This document shows positions 11,201 through 21,567 of a stretch of DNA of 64,000 nucleotides, in pieces. A model generated the notes under the pieces. The model was not told where the DNA came from. It did not search any database and saw only the letters and a list, made by a program, of their open reading frames with translations. The DNA comes from Rebecca billardiae RCC1528 (Eukaryota; Protista; Haptophyta), in the NCBI GenBank assembly GCA_965240325.2, contig OZ251226.1, positions 930,001 through 994,000 of the forward strand. Direction: 5' to 3'. A program made the translations under genes and the position numbers. The first letter of the stretch is position 1, and each line of letters begins with the position of its first letter.

Positions 11201-14200
11201 CGTGAAGCACGCGATCGAGCTCGTCTCCGCCGACGGCTTCGGGCACGCGGTGGGCACGCTGCGCTTCACGATGCGGATGCGCAGGCCGATGGACCACGTG
11301 CTCGTGCCCTTCTACCGCCGCTTCCCCGAGCTCACCACGCCGCCCACCGCCGTCGTGCCGCGGCAGCTCAGCGTGCGCGTCGTCGGCTGCCGCGGGCTGC
11401 GCGCGCCCGCCGCGCTCGACGGCGCCGCGCCGACCGCGCCATACGCCTTCTACTGCTTCTACGAGTTCGGCGACTACGAGACGCCGACCGGGCGCGGCGC
11501 CGACCCGGTGTTCGACTCGACGCACGCCTTCGTCGTCGACGTGCGCTCGCGCCGGCTGCGCGACGAGCTGCGCCGCTCGCCGCTGCGCATCAGCGTGCTG
11601 GACGACGACGACTCGACGCGCGCCTCGGACGAGCCACTCGGTGCGCCGCGCGCGCCGGCGCCGCGCCGCGCGCGCCCTCTCCCGCGTGCGCGCGCGATTC
11701 GGCGCGCGAGCGGCTGCGCGAGCGATGCTCAGGCGTACGCGTACCGCGCCCCGCCACGCCGCGCGTGCGCCAGGCCACGCCGACGTGGACCTGAGCACGC
11801 TGGTGGTCGACGAGCGGCCGCTGCCACGCGAGTACCCGCTCCACGATGACAACGGTGCGGGCGCGGCGCTGCGCACACGCGCGCACGCCGCGCGCACGCG
11901 CAGCCGCCGCGCGGGCGGGCTCGGCGGGCTTGAGGCGTACTCACGCGCGCGGCGCCTCTCCACCGGCCGTGCGCGCAGGCCTCCCCGTCGGCACGCTGCT
12001 GCTCGACGTGACGCTTGGCCCGGTGCCCTCGGCCGCGCTGCCGTCCGTGCAGCAGTACGACGACGACGCGGGCGTCGAGAGCGCGGCCGTGCTCATTCAG
12101 AGCCGCGCGCGCGGCCGGCAGGCGCGGAGGACGACGAGCGCGCAGCTGGGCTCGCGCGCGCTGCGCGTGCGCGTCGGCACGCTCGAGCTCTCCGCCAAGT
12201 CGCTGAGCGACGAGCGCACGCGCGTCGTCTGGGTGGAGGCGGATGTGCTCGGCCTCGGCGGCGGCGCGGCGGGCGCGCTGCGGACGGCGACGCGCGACAA
12301 GGGCGGCGCGCGCATCGATTTTGGCTTCGCGCACGAGCTGGCGCTGCCGGAGGGCAGCGAGGCGGAGCGCACCGTGCGCAGCGCGCTCGTTGCGGAGGAC
12401 GAGGAGGAGGCCGACGTGTACTTCACCGTGCTCGGCGCGGCCGACGCCGGCGGCGCGGGCGGGCACCAGCTGGGCTCAGCGCATCTCAACCTGCAGGAGA
12501 TTGTGCGCGCCGGGCTCGAGGCGAGCCGCGTGACGCTGCAGCTCTCAGACGGCGCAGGGCGGCTCTCCGTCTCGCTCACGGGGCTGAGCACGCTGCAGCG
12601 CCTGCAGCGCGAGGCGGGCGGCGGGCAGCCCGGCGCGGTGCAGCCGCCCGGCTCGCTCCAGCAGCCGCCGTACCGCGCGGCGACGCCCGCGGGCCGCGCG
12701 GCGACGCCGCCGCCGCCGAGCGCGCCCGCTGCGGCGCCAGCCGACGCGCTCGAGATCCGCGTGGGCGCGCTCGCGCTCGAGCCGTCCGTGCAGCGCGACG
12801 CGGCTGTGCAGGGCGTGGGCGTCGAGGTGGAGCTGCTCGACCTCGACGACACCACCGCGCTCAAGACGCCGATGCTGCCCAAGGGTGACGGGCGCTCGCC
12901 GCTCGACTTCAAGTTCTCGCGCGCGGTCGCGGTCGAGCAGGGCAGCGCGCGCGAGCGGCTGTTGTACGACGCGCTCGCGTCCGACGACAAGCAGGACTCG
13001 GACGTGGTCTTCTTCCTCTTCGCGCACGGCCGGGGCGGCGAGCGCACGCAGATCGGCGAGGCGTCGCTCAACCTCGAGAAGATGCTGGAGGCGCGGCGCG
13101 AGCAGCGCGACGTGAGCCTCAAGGTGGTCTCCACACCGGACGGCAAGCGGCAGCTGGGCACGCTCACCGCGTCGGTGCTCGGGCTGGCCACGCTGCAGCG
13201 CGTGGATGAGCTGCCAGAGCCGCCGCCGCGCGCGTCGACCGCCGCGCCTTCGACCGCCGACCGCGCCGCCGCCGATGCCGCGCGTCCCACGCCGGCGGGC
13301 GCGAGCTCGGCGGCTGCGAGCAGCGGCTCGGGCTCGCTCGAGATCCGCGTGGGCACCCTCGCGCTCGAGCCGTCCGTGCAGCGCGACGCGGCTGTGCAGG
13401 GCGTGGGCGTCGAGGTGGAGCTGCTCGACCTCGACGACACCACCGCGCTCAAGACGCCGATGCTGCCCAAGGGTGACGGGCGCTCGCCGCTCGACTTCAA
13501 GTTCTCGCGCGCGGTCGCGGTCGAGCAGGGCAGCGCGCGCGAGCGGCTGCTGTACGACGCGCTCGCGTCCGACGACAAGCAGGACTCGGACGTGGTCTTC
13601 TTCCTCTTCGCGCACGGCCGGGGCGGCGAGCGCACGCAGATTGGCGAGGCGTCGCTCAACCTCGAGAAGATGCTGGAGGCGCGGCGCGAGCAGCGCGACG
13701 TGAGCCTCAAGGTGGTCTCCACACCGGACGGCAAGCGGCAGCTGGGCACGCTCAGCGCGTCGGTGCTCGGGCTGGCCACGCTGCAGCGCGTGGACGAGCT
13801 GCCAGAGCCGCCGCCGCGCGCGTCGACCGCGTCAGCAGTCACGCCGGCGCCCGGCACGAGCGCCGACGCGCGCTCGGACGTGATCACCGTCCGCGTGGGC
13901 GCGCTCGCGCTCGAGCCGTCTGTGCAGCGCGACGCGGCGGTGCAGGGCGTGGGCGTCGAGGTCGAGCTGCTCGACCTCGACGACGCGACTGCGCTTAAGA
14001 CGCCGATGCTGCCCAAGGGCGACGGGCGCTCGTCTCTCGACTTCAAGTTTGAGCGCGAGCTGCGTGTGCACGCGGGCAGCTCGCGCGAGCAGCTGCTGCG
14101 CACCGCGCTCGCCTCGTCTGATCCGCAGGACTCGGACGTGGTCTTCTTCCTCTTCGCGCAGGGCCGGAGTGGCGAGCGCACGCAGATCGGCGAGGCGTCG

Positions 14201-14920
14201 CTCAACCTCGAGAAGATGCTGGAGGCGCGGCGCGAGCAGCGCGACGTGAGCCTCAAGGTGGTCTCCACACCGGACGGCAAGCGGCAGCTGGGCACGCTCA
14301 GCGCGTCGGTGCTCGGGCTGGCCACGCTGCAGCGCGTGCGTGCGCTGCCCGCGCCATCGTCGACGCCGCCCGCGCCGGCGGCCGCCCCGGACGAGACGCT
14401 GAGCATCCAGGTCGACAGCCTGCGCGTCGAGCCCGGGCTGCTGCGCGACGCGGCCGTCGAGAACCTCGGCGTCGAGGTGGAGCTGCTCGACCTCGACGAC
14501 GCGACCGCGCTCAAGACGGACGTGCTACCCAAGGGCGACGGGAGCAAGCCGCTCGCCTTCGGCTTCCAGGCACAGCTGCCCGTGACGAAGGGCAGCCTGC
14601 GCGAGCGCCAGCTGCGCGAGATGCTCGCGACGAAGCAGACGCAGGACACAGACGTTGTCTTCTTCCTATTTGCGTCGGGCCGCGGCGGCCACGATCGGAG
14701 GCAGGTCGGCGAGGCTTCTGTCAACCTCGAGAAGATGCTCGCCGGCAAGCGCGAGCAGCGGCAGGTCGCGCTCGAAGTCGTCTCGACACCGGACGGCGAC
14801 AGGCGCCTCGGCACGCTCACGGTGAGCGTGCTCGGCCTCGCGACGCTGCAGCGGGTAGCAGCTCTGCCGGCGCCATCGGCATCGCGCCCAGCCACGGGGG
14901 CAACCGCGGGCGCGCGCTGA
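8293..14920 (+). CDS. RPGRIP1L: RPGRIP1L/fantom-like ciliary transition-zone protein: coiled coils, C2-C2_1, C2, IQ motif, then 5 RPGR1_C-type C2 domains; introns 9430-9587, 11641-11773, 11855-11978
   Basis: N-terminal 'EQEEKTKQLATKMVRI' coiled coil. C2-C2_1 signature 'ENLFELHVLSAEL..RTFVTVDFYQHETQATPLVDG..PIYD..AQFIVVADDLLLHYL'. Second C2 'PYAFYCFYEFGDYETPTGRGADPVFDS'. Three GT-AG introns link the ORFs in frame. Confidence 0.85.
12748..14870 (+). repeat. Intragenic tandem repeat of ~460-590 bp coding units (C2 domains): three highly similar copies and one more diverged
   Basis: 'gctcgagatccgcgtgggc...' recurs at 12748 and 13336 (offset 588). A third copy starts ~13885 and a fourth ~14400. 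A more diverged domain lies at ~12160-12600. Confidence 0.92.
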
Positions 14921-15404
14921 CGGTCGAGTTGATCATTCAGATCAATCAAGAGTTGAGAGTGTGGAACGGTCGTGGCTTCGCGGTGCAAGTTGTGTCGTTA
15001 GTTGTGATGACAGGATACTGAGATTCCCTCACATTTCGAGTGATTTCGGAGACATTCTGATTTCCGAGAGATCCTCGAGGCGGAGCGTCTCGACTTCTGC
15101 TTACGCCGGAAAACTGGATGACAGGTGGTTGCTGATTGGATTTCAAGGCGGGCGTTCCCGGGATCCTGCCACACGCTCGCGAAAAGCAAAGCCCCCGCTG
15201 GGGGCTTTGCCTTTTCCCGTATTCAAATGTACCCGCTTCAAATGAAGGAAGCTCGTTGCAATAGGAAGGTGGTGCAATTTGGCGTATGACCAATGCGGGG
15301 AACGCCCCTGGACAAGAAACGACACCCCGCACGCAACGTGGCACGAACAGGTGGCCGCCGCACAGCTTGCCCCAGCGGAGCGGACTCGTGGCCAAAAGAC
15401 GACG

Positions 15405-16184
15405 ATGGCTCTTTCGCACTCGCTGGCTTTCACGATGATCCAGGCGCAGCAGCGCTACGTCGAGGAGCACGAGCGCTACGAGCGCGAGCGCGAGGAGCAA
15501 GCCGAAAAGGCGCGAGCGCAGTCGCGAAAGGGCCGCCGGCGCTCGCCCGGCCACAGGGGCAGACCGCAGACAGCTGACGTCTCGCGCGCGAGGAGTGTCC
15601 CGCCGCCGCGCCCAAAGTCCGCTTTCGTACGGCAGGTCGAGCGCCGGCACGCCGCGTCGGGCATGCCCACTGAGGAGCTGCTCATCGCGACGTGCGGAAG
15701 CCCCGCTGCTCACGACATCCTCGCAGCCCGCCGGACGACCAGCCCACCACCGCTGCCCACGTCCCCGAACGAGCTACTAGAGGTCACTGACTCGATGCTT
15801 CGTGCGATTCCGCTCTTCAGCCACCTCGGCAGGCAGCAGCTGCAGGTGCTCCGAGCGGGGGCACACGTGCAGAGGTTGCCTTGCAACTGCACCATCTATG
15901 AGGCCGGCTGGAAATCGGACAGCATGTTTGTCCTGCTGCATGGCTGCGTGGAGCTTAGCGGCTATCGGCGACGAGCCGAGATGATCGAGCGCTTCAAGAT
16001 TACGCAGCATGCTTCCAGCTTCGGCGAAGAGGCCGCCCGCCGGCCTGAGCCGCTGGTGCGACTTGGGAATGCCCACACGAGAAAGGTGGACCGCAACCTC
16101 GTGCTCGAGATTCCCTGCGACGTGCTCTCGCGCGCACTCATCAGGCGGGCGCGGGCGCTCCGCTTGGAAACGCGTCGTTTGTGA
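15405..16184 (+). CDS. Small cyclic-nucleotide-binding (cNMP/CRP-fold) domain protein
   Basis: 'LRAIPLFSHLGRQQLQVL...IYEAGWKSDSMFVLLHGCVEL...SSFGEEA' matches a cNMP-binding domain. Single ORF; start uncertain. Confidence 0.65.
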   Translation: MALSHSLAFTMIQAQQRYVEEHERYEREREEQAEKARAQSRKGRRRSPGHRGRPQTADVSRARSVPPPRPKSAFVRQVERRHAASGMPTEELLIATCGSPAAHDILAARRTTSPPPLPTSPNELLEVTDSMLRAIPLFSHLGRQQLQVLRAGAHVQRLPCNCTIYEAGWKSDSMFVLLHGCVELSGYRRRAEMIERFKITQHASSFGEEAARRPEPLVRLGNAHTRKVDRNLVLEIPCDVLSRALIRRARALRLETRRL

Positions 16185-17228
16185 TTTCCGGCTCGGCTCA
16201 ATGATCGGTGCGTCTGTCGGCCGCTGGCCCCGAGTCTTCACTACACCGCCGCATCGCAGCTGACGGGCCCGGCCCGGAAAACCGGCCGTCCGAGATATCT
16301 GACGTGGACGCGTCGGTACAGTCCGTCACGCCGCCGTGAGTCCGTCGGTCGGCCGTACTCCGTCGCGTACGTTGACTGACTACACCGATGTTAGATATGA
16401 TGATGACGTGTCAGCGTGACGATATGCGACGACTCCAGCGGCCGATTTATCCGCCGCGTTCCGAGACACTCAATACTCATCATCATCAGAACAGCGACTG
16501 ACGAGCCTATATATTATTATAATTTATAATAAGCAGACGACGATAATTATAATATATTGTGGTCGCAGCGTCAGTAAAATTTTATCTTAGTTACTCACCG
16601 CCATGAAACAAATTAAGCATCACCCTCGGATATTGGCCAGCTGTGGCCGGACGAGGCCGTGAGTGCTATGGGCGCGCGCTTCCTTAGTGCCGCCGAGTGC
16701 CGACTCGGTCGTCTGTTGCACTGCTAGCTACCAGCTGGCCTGGGCCGCCTCGGCAGGCTGATCTAGATTAGTCGTACTAAGTCTAACGTACTGGCTACTG
16801 CTACGTCTACGGCACACTGCCTAGTTATAGTAGGCTCACCGTCTGTCCGTTGACTATCCCGATCGACGGGGCCGCACGGCGGTAACACTAATAACCGTGA
16901 CCGTCGTCAGATCTCATCAGAATAAGACAGATCGAATCGAACCGCGACGAACGACACCGTAGTGAACACGGTTCACACGCACGTATCAGAGTCGGTCAGA
17001 CGACTCAATCCCGTGGAGGGGCTGTCACTCGCCTGGCAAAACATATCCGGCAGATGTGCCGCCATAATATTCTGCGCGCTTTGAAGCGCTTTCGGCAATC
17101 GGCAGGCACTCACGCCCGTCGAAAGTCTCAGCAGCAGACGAAGCTCATCCGTCGACTCCGTCGAGTACCTGCGCCGTATAGCAGCAGTATGAGAAAGACC
17201 CGCGAGCTCGGAAACCTCGTGGACAGTC

Positions 17229-18299
17229 CTAGTACAGCATGCGCACGCCATTGTCGGCGTACTGCGCGCCCGGCATCTTGATGACGTTGCCCTCGTCATC
17301 GATGTACTGCGACTTCTGCTGGAGGACGAAGCGCTGGAAGAACTTGGTGAGGACACGGTCGGTGGTGAGGAACTCCACCTTGGCACCCTGGCCCGAGGTG
17401 GCCAGGATCTTTGGCACGAGATCCTGGGCCACCTCCTCCGGCTGCGCGGCGAGCACGCCGAAGGGGAACTTGCGCAGCTCCTTGGTCGAGTCGTTCAGCA
17501 GCAGGTCCGTGAAGACCATCCCCGGGGAGAGCGTGTGGCAGTTAGCCACGCCCTTGGTCGTCGGCTTCTCGTAGCCCTGCACCCCCTCCGTGAGCTCCTT
17601 GACGAGCGAGTCCGTCATCTGCGGCAGCCCGCGCTTCGTCGCCCCGTACGTCACGTAGCCCGGCGTGCCGCCACCCTTGACGCCGGAGCCGACCGTGTTG
17701 AAGATGTGGCCCTCCACGCCCGGCTGCTCGTGCATCAGCTTGATCGCCACCTGCGTGCACAAAAGGATGCCGATCAGGTTGACCTTCACCACCGCCTCGA
17801 TGGTCTTCGTCTCGAGCTCGGTGAAGGGCCGCCGGCCACCGTTGATGCCCGCGTTGTTGATCCAGTACCCGATCGTGCCGAGGTTGTCCTTGGCAAACTG
17901 ACCGAGCTTCTCGACGCTCGCGGCATCGCTCACGTCGCACTGGGTGCCGTAGACGGGCGCGCCGTTGGGCACGCGCTCTTTGACGGCGTTGACGGCCGTC
18001 GTCGTGTCCTTAATGTCGCATATCACGACCGGGTAGCCGCGCTGAGAGAATTCCACTGCATACGCCCACCCCACGCCCGCAGCACCCCCAGTGATGACGA
18101 CGCCTGGCTTTGACGCATCGGCCATGACGACCGCGAGGCGGGACGAGTGGGCCTGCCGCTGGCCGACGGCGCCGACGCCTGGCCGAACGCGGTGCGCAAT
18201 CGACACACGCGCGGGCGTCGAAGCCAGCGACACCGCGCTGGCGGCGCGCAGCGCGGCCGCGAGGACCAGCACGACAGACGTGCGCGAGGACGTCATCAT
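17229..18299 (-). CDS. Short-chain dehydrogenase/reductase, chlorophyll b reductase NOL/NYC1-like, with bipartite plastid-targeting leader
   Basis: Motifs 'VVITGGAAGVG', 'WINNAG', catalytic 'YGATKRG' and 'HTLSPGMVFTDLLL' (NOL-like). Signal peptide followed by a Ser/Ala/Arg-rich transit peptide. Confidence 0.8.
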   Translation of the reverse strand: MMTSSRTSVVLVLAAALRAASAVSLASTPARVSIAHRVRPGVGAVGQRQAHSSRLAVVMADASKPGVVITGGAAGVGWAYAVEFSQRGYPVVICDIKDTTTAVNAVKERVPNGAPVYGTQCDVSDAASVEKLGQFAKDNLGTIGYWINNAGINGGRRPFTELETKTIEAVVKVNLIGILLCTQVAIKLMHEQPGVEGHIFNTVGSGVKGGGTPGYVTYGATKRGLPQMTDSLVKELTEGVQGYEKPTTKGVANCHTLSPGMVFTDLLLNDSTKELRKFPFGVLAAQPEEVAQDLVPKILATSGQGAKVEFLTTDRVLTKFFQRFVLQQKSQYIDDEGNVIKMPGAQYADNGVRMLY

Positions 18300-18595
18300 G
18301 GATGCGCGCGCCAAGCGATGCGTGGCAATAAGAAAACGCTAATGAACTGGCGCAATACGCGGTATTAATAAGTTCTCGTCGCGCGATCTGACCGCTCCAG
18401 ATCGGACTCATCGTCCGGACGCACAGCGCGAGTGCATGAACTCTCAGACTCAGACTCAGAGTCTCAGTCAGCTGTGAGAGGCTCCTGTGACGACAGTCAA
18501 ATGTCAATAACTACGAATTGACCGAACTCATCGACAGGTCATCCAGCAAGTACTAGGCTCCATACTCCATAGCCTGGCTCTACTCGTACACGTAT

Positions 18596-19735
18596 TAAGT
18601 GATAACGTTCCAGGTGCATAGATAGAGCGCGCGAGTCGGCAGTCGCGTGGCTTATGGCGCCTGGCTGTCGTCTGAGTGACTGAGAGTCTGTCTGTGAGTC
18701 GATACTGTAATATAAAGTGTAATTACGTACTAATAAAGTACTATAGACAGATGACGCCAGTCACGAGAGCTCGGAGTCCACAGTGAGTCTGACTCTGAGA
18801 GGTCTGAGAGGAGTCTCTGAGAGGACTGCTCATGATGTCCGAACTGTCGGACACTGATTGTGATGCGGTTGGACCAACCTGGTGAGCATGCCGCATGGCG
18901 ATGTCCCACCGTCGATCAACCGTGACCGTCCTGTCGAGTGTCGTGCGGGCCCACATGCTGGCAACCCTGTGAGTGTGACACGGCATGGCGAGTGACTCGC
19001 GGCAGCTCGGGTGAGTCTGGTGTGAGCTCCGCGCCGCGGGATCGCCCTTCATTCATCTTCGATCTCCTGCATACGCGGGGCCGCTGCCGTCGGCGCGCCG
19101 CTGGTGCTCGCCCCCTCGGCTCCACTCGCCCCCTCGTGCCGAGCGCCTCGCCTGTCAGCCTAGTACTAAGTGATAACGTTCCAGGTGCATAGATAGAGCG
19201 CGCGAGTCGGCAGTCGCGTGGCTTATGGCGCCTGGCTGTCGTCTGAGTGACTGAGAGTCTGTCTGTGAGTCGATACTGTAATATAAAGTGTAATTACGTA
19301 CTAATAAAGTACTATAGACAGATGACGCCAGTCACGAGAGCTCGGAGTCCACAGTATGAGTAGTGAGTCTGACTCTGAGAGGTCTGAGAGGAGTCTCTGA
19401 GAGGACTGCTCATGATGTCCGAACTGTCGGACACTGATTGTGATGCGGTTGGACCAACCTGGTGAGCATGCCGCATGGCGATGTCCCACCGTCGATCAAC
19501 CGTGACCGTCCTGTCGAGTGTCGTGCGGGCCCACATGCTGGCAACCCTGTGACACGGCATGGCGAGTGACTCGCGGCAGCTCGGGTGAGTCTGGTGTGAG
19601 CTCCGCGCCGCGGGATCGCCCTTCATTCATCTTCGATCTCCTGCATACGCGGGGCCGCTGCCGTCGGCGCGCCGCTGGTGCTCGCCCCCTCGGCTCCACT
19701 CGCCCCCTCGTGCCGAGCGCCTCGCCTGTCAGCCT
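18596..19735. repeat. Direct tandem duplication of ~570 bp (18596-19161 and 19167-19735) containing the NudC 3' end and 3' flank
   Basis: 'taagtgataacgttccaggtgc...' starts at 18596 and 19167. By eye the copies are identical except for a 9-nt and a 6-nt indel. Confidence 0.95.
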
Positions 19736-21093
19736 GTGCGCCATGGGCGTGTGAGCCAGCGCCCCTCGCGGGCATTGGGGGCAAGGGCATGTCCCCGCCA
19801 GCCCCGGGCAGGCTCTCCCCGGTCAGCTTCACCTTGGAGGGGTCGAAGGGCATGCCCTTGAACGGCGAGCCATCCGCATTCCAGGCCTGCGCGTGCGTGA
19901 CGCATGGGGGTGCGCCGGGTGCGCCAAGCCGGGCGGGAGGCGGGGTGCGCGGCACGGCACTGTCAGCCCGGTGCGCGCACGCTCGGGTGGGCAGCGCTGC
20001 AACGCGCTTCGGCGCTCGGCGCACCTCCTTGATCTTCTCCAGATTCTGCAGCTCGTCCGAGGTCGGCAGCCCCTTCCGCTTCTGGTCCTGGTCGAACATG
20101 ATCTTGCGGATCGCGCCCTGCGTCTCGCCGTCGTACTCCTCGACGCGCTTGACCGAGTCCACCTTGGTTGTGTCGATCTCGACGTGGCCGTGCAGCGCGG
20201 ACTTCCACCAGGACTCGCGCTCCTTCTCGAGGTAGATGGTGCACTTCCCGTCCGCGACGTTCCAGAACGACTGCTCCGTCTTCACCTGCTCCCAGATGCA
20301 CTGGTTATTCCGGTCGTCGCACGGGTAGTCGTCGTCGAGCAGCGCCGTCTCCGCGCCCTTCAGCTGCAGCTGGAGGTGCCGCCGCCCAATCACGCAGAGG
20401 ATGTCGCGGGAGCGCGTGCCCTCGGGCAGCGGCACGGCGATCGTCACGTCGGCTATCGTCTGCTCCCACACGTACTTGTCCGTCTGCCCTCCGTTGTACG
20501 TCGACTCGAGCGCCATCGCATTCTTGACGTGCGTCGACGACGCCGCGTTCTCGTCAAGCTGCGAGGCCGAGATGACGCGCGCGCCCGAGCTCTCGCCCTC
20601 CTTGGCCGGCGGCCCTGAGGGCTTGGCGGCGCTGGTAGCGGGGCCACTGGTGGTGCCTTCGCCAGCACTCGGAGCGGCGCTCGCCGTCGGCTTGTCCGAG
20701 CCACCGCCGTGCGCTGCGGCTGCCGGCTTGGTGGACGCCACCTTGCCTGTTGCGGCTGCTCCCGTGCTGCGCGCCTTGGCAGCCATCGCCTGGTACTTGC
20801 GGAAGTGGCCGAGCACGAGCTTCTCGGCGACGCCCGGCGCAAACCCCATGTTCTCGCCCTCCTGCATCACGTGGTAGAAGTCGGTCTTGCGGTAGAGGAA
20901 GCTGAAGAATGCGTCGAGCAGTGGCCCGATTCCGCCGCTGCGCTGCGCGATCATCATGAAGAGCTGCGCACGCGCATGGGAGGAGCGAGCGCGGTGGCGC
21001 ACGGTCGGGCGTCAGAAGATCGCAACAGCAGTGGCGGCGGCGCGCCGCGCCGCCCCCTTCGCGCACCTCGTCGTGCTCCATCCCGCTACCCAT
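19623..21093 (-). CDS. nudC: NudC family (nuclear movement protein, CS/p23 domain co-chaperone); introns 20964-21066 and 19887-20024
   Basis: NudC_N motif 'LLDAFFSFLYRKTDFY'. CS domain 'NGGQTDKYVWEQTIADV'. C-terminal 'ETQGAIRKIMFDQDQKRKGLPTSDE' and 'AWNADGSPFKG' (NUDCD3-like). Confidence 0.92.
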
Positions 21094-21567
21094 GCTGCTC
21101 CAACGGCCGCGCGGCTCGCTGGCCGTGAAGCGCTTGGCTCCAGACAACAACGATGGCGGTTGCCCCTGGCAAGTTGGGCCAAGGGGTCTTATGGGTCTCA
21201 AAATTCGAAACTCGGTTCCCTGCCGCCTGAAATTCGTCCCCAGTCCCTTTTTCTTTAACGACGTGGTATGCAACGGGCAAGCGTCAGGCTCAGAGTGCAG
21301 CAGACACATACTCATAGAATGCGTCCGCGCCTTCCAACCAGGTCAGGCAGTGCGCCACCCGCAGCCCTGCCCCTCTGAGGGAGAAGGGCCGGGATGGAGC
21401 CACCCGAGCACCTCATTTTTCTTGATCAAAGTAGATCTTTTTTATAATATGAAACTACTACTGCGTGGTTAGGGCCCGCACTGCGGGCTCCACGCTGCGC
21501 GCTCCGCCCTGCACCGCGGGCCATTATTAGGCCGCCGGAGTAAAATTATATTAATAACAGCTTTACG

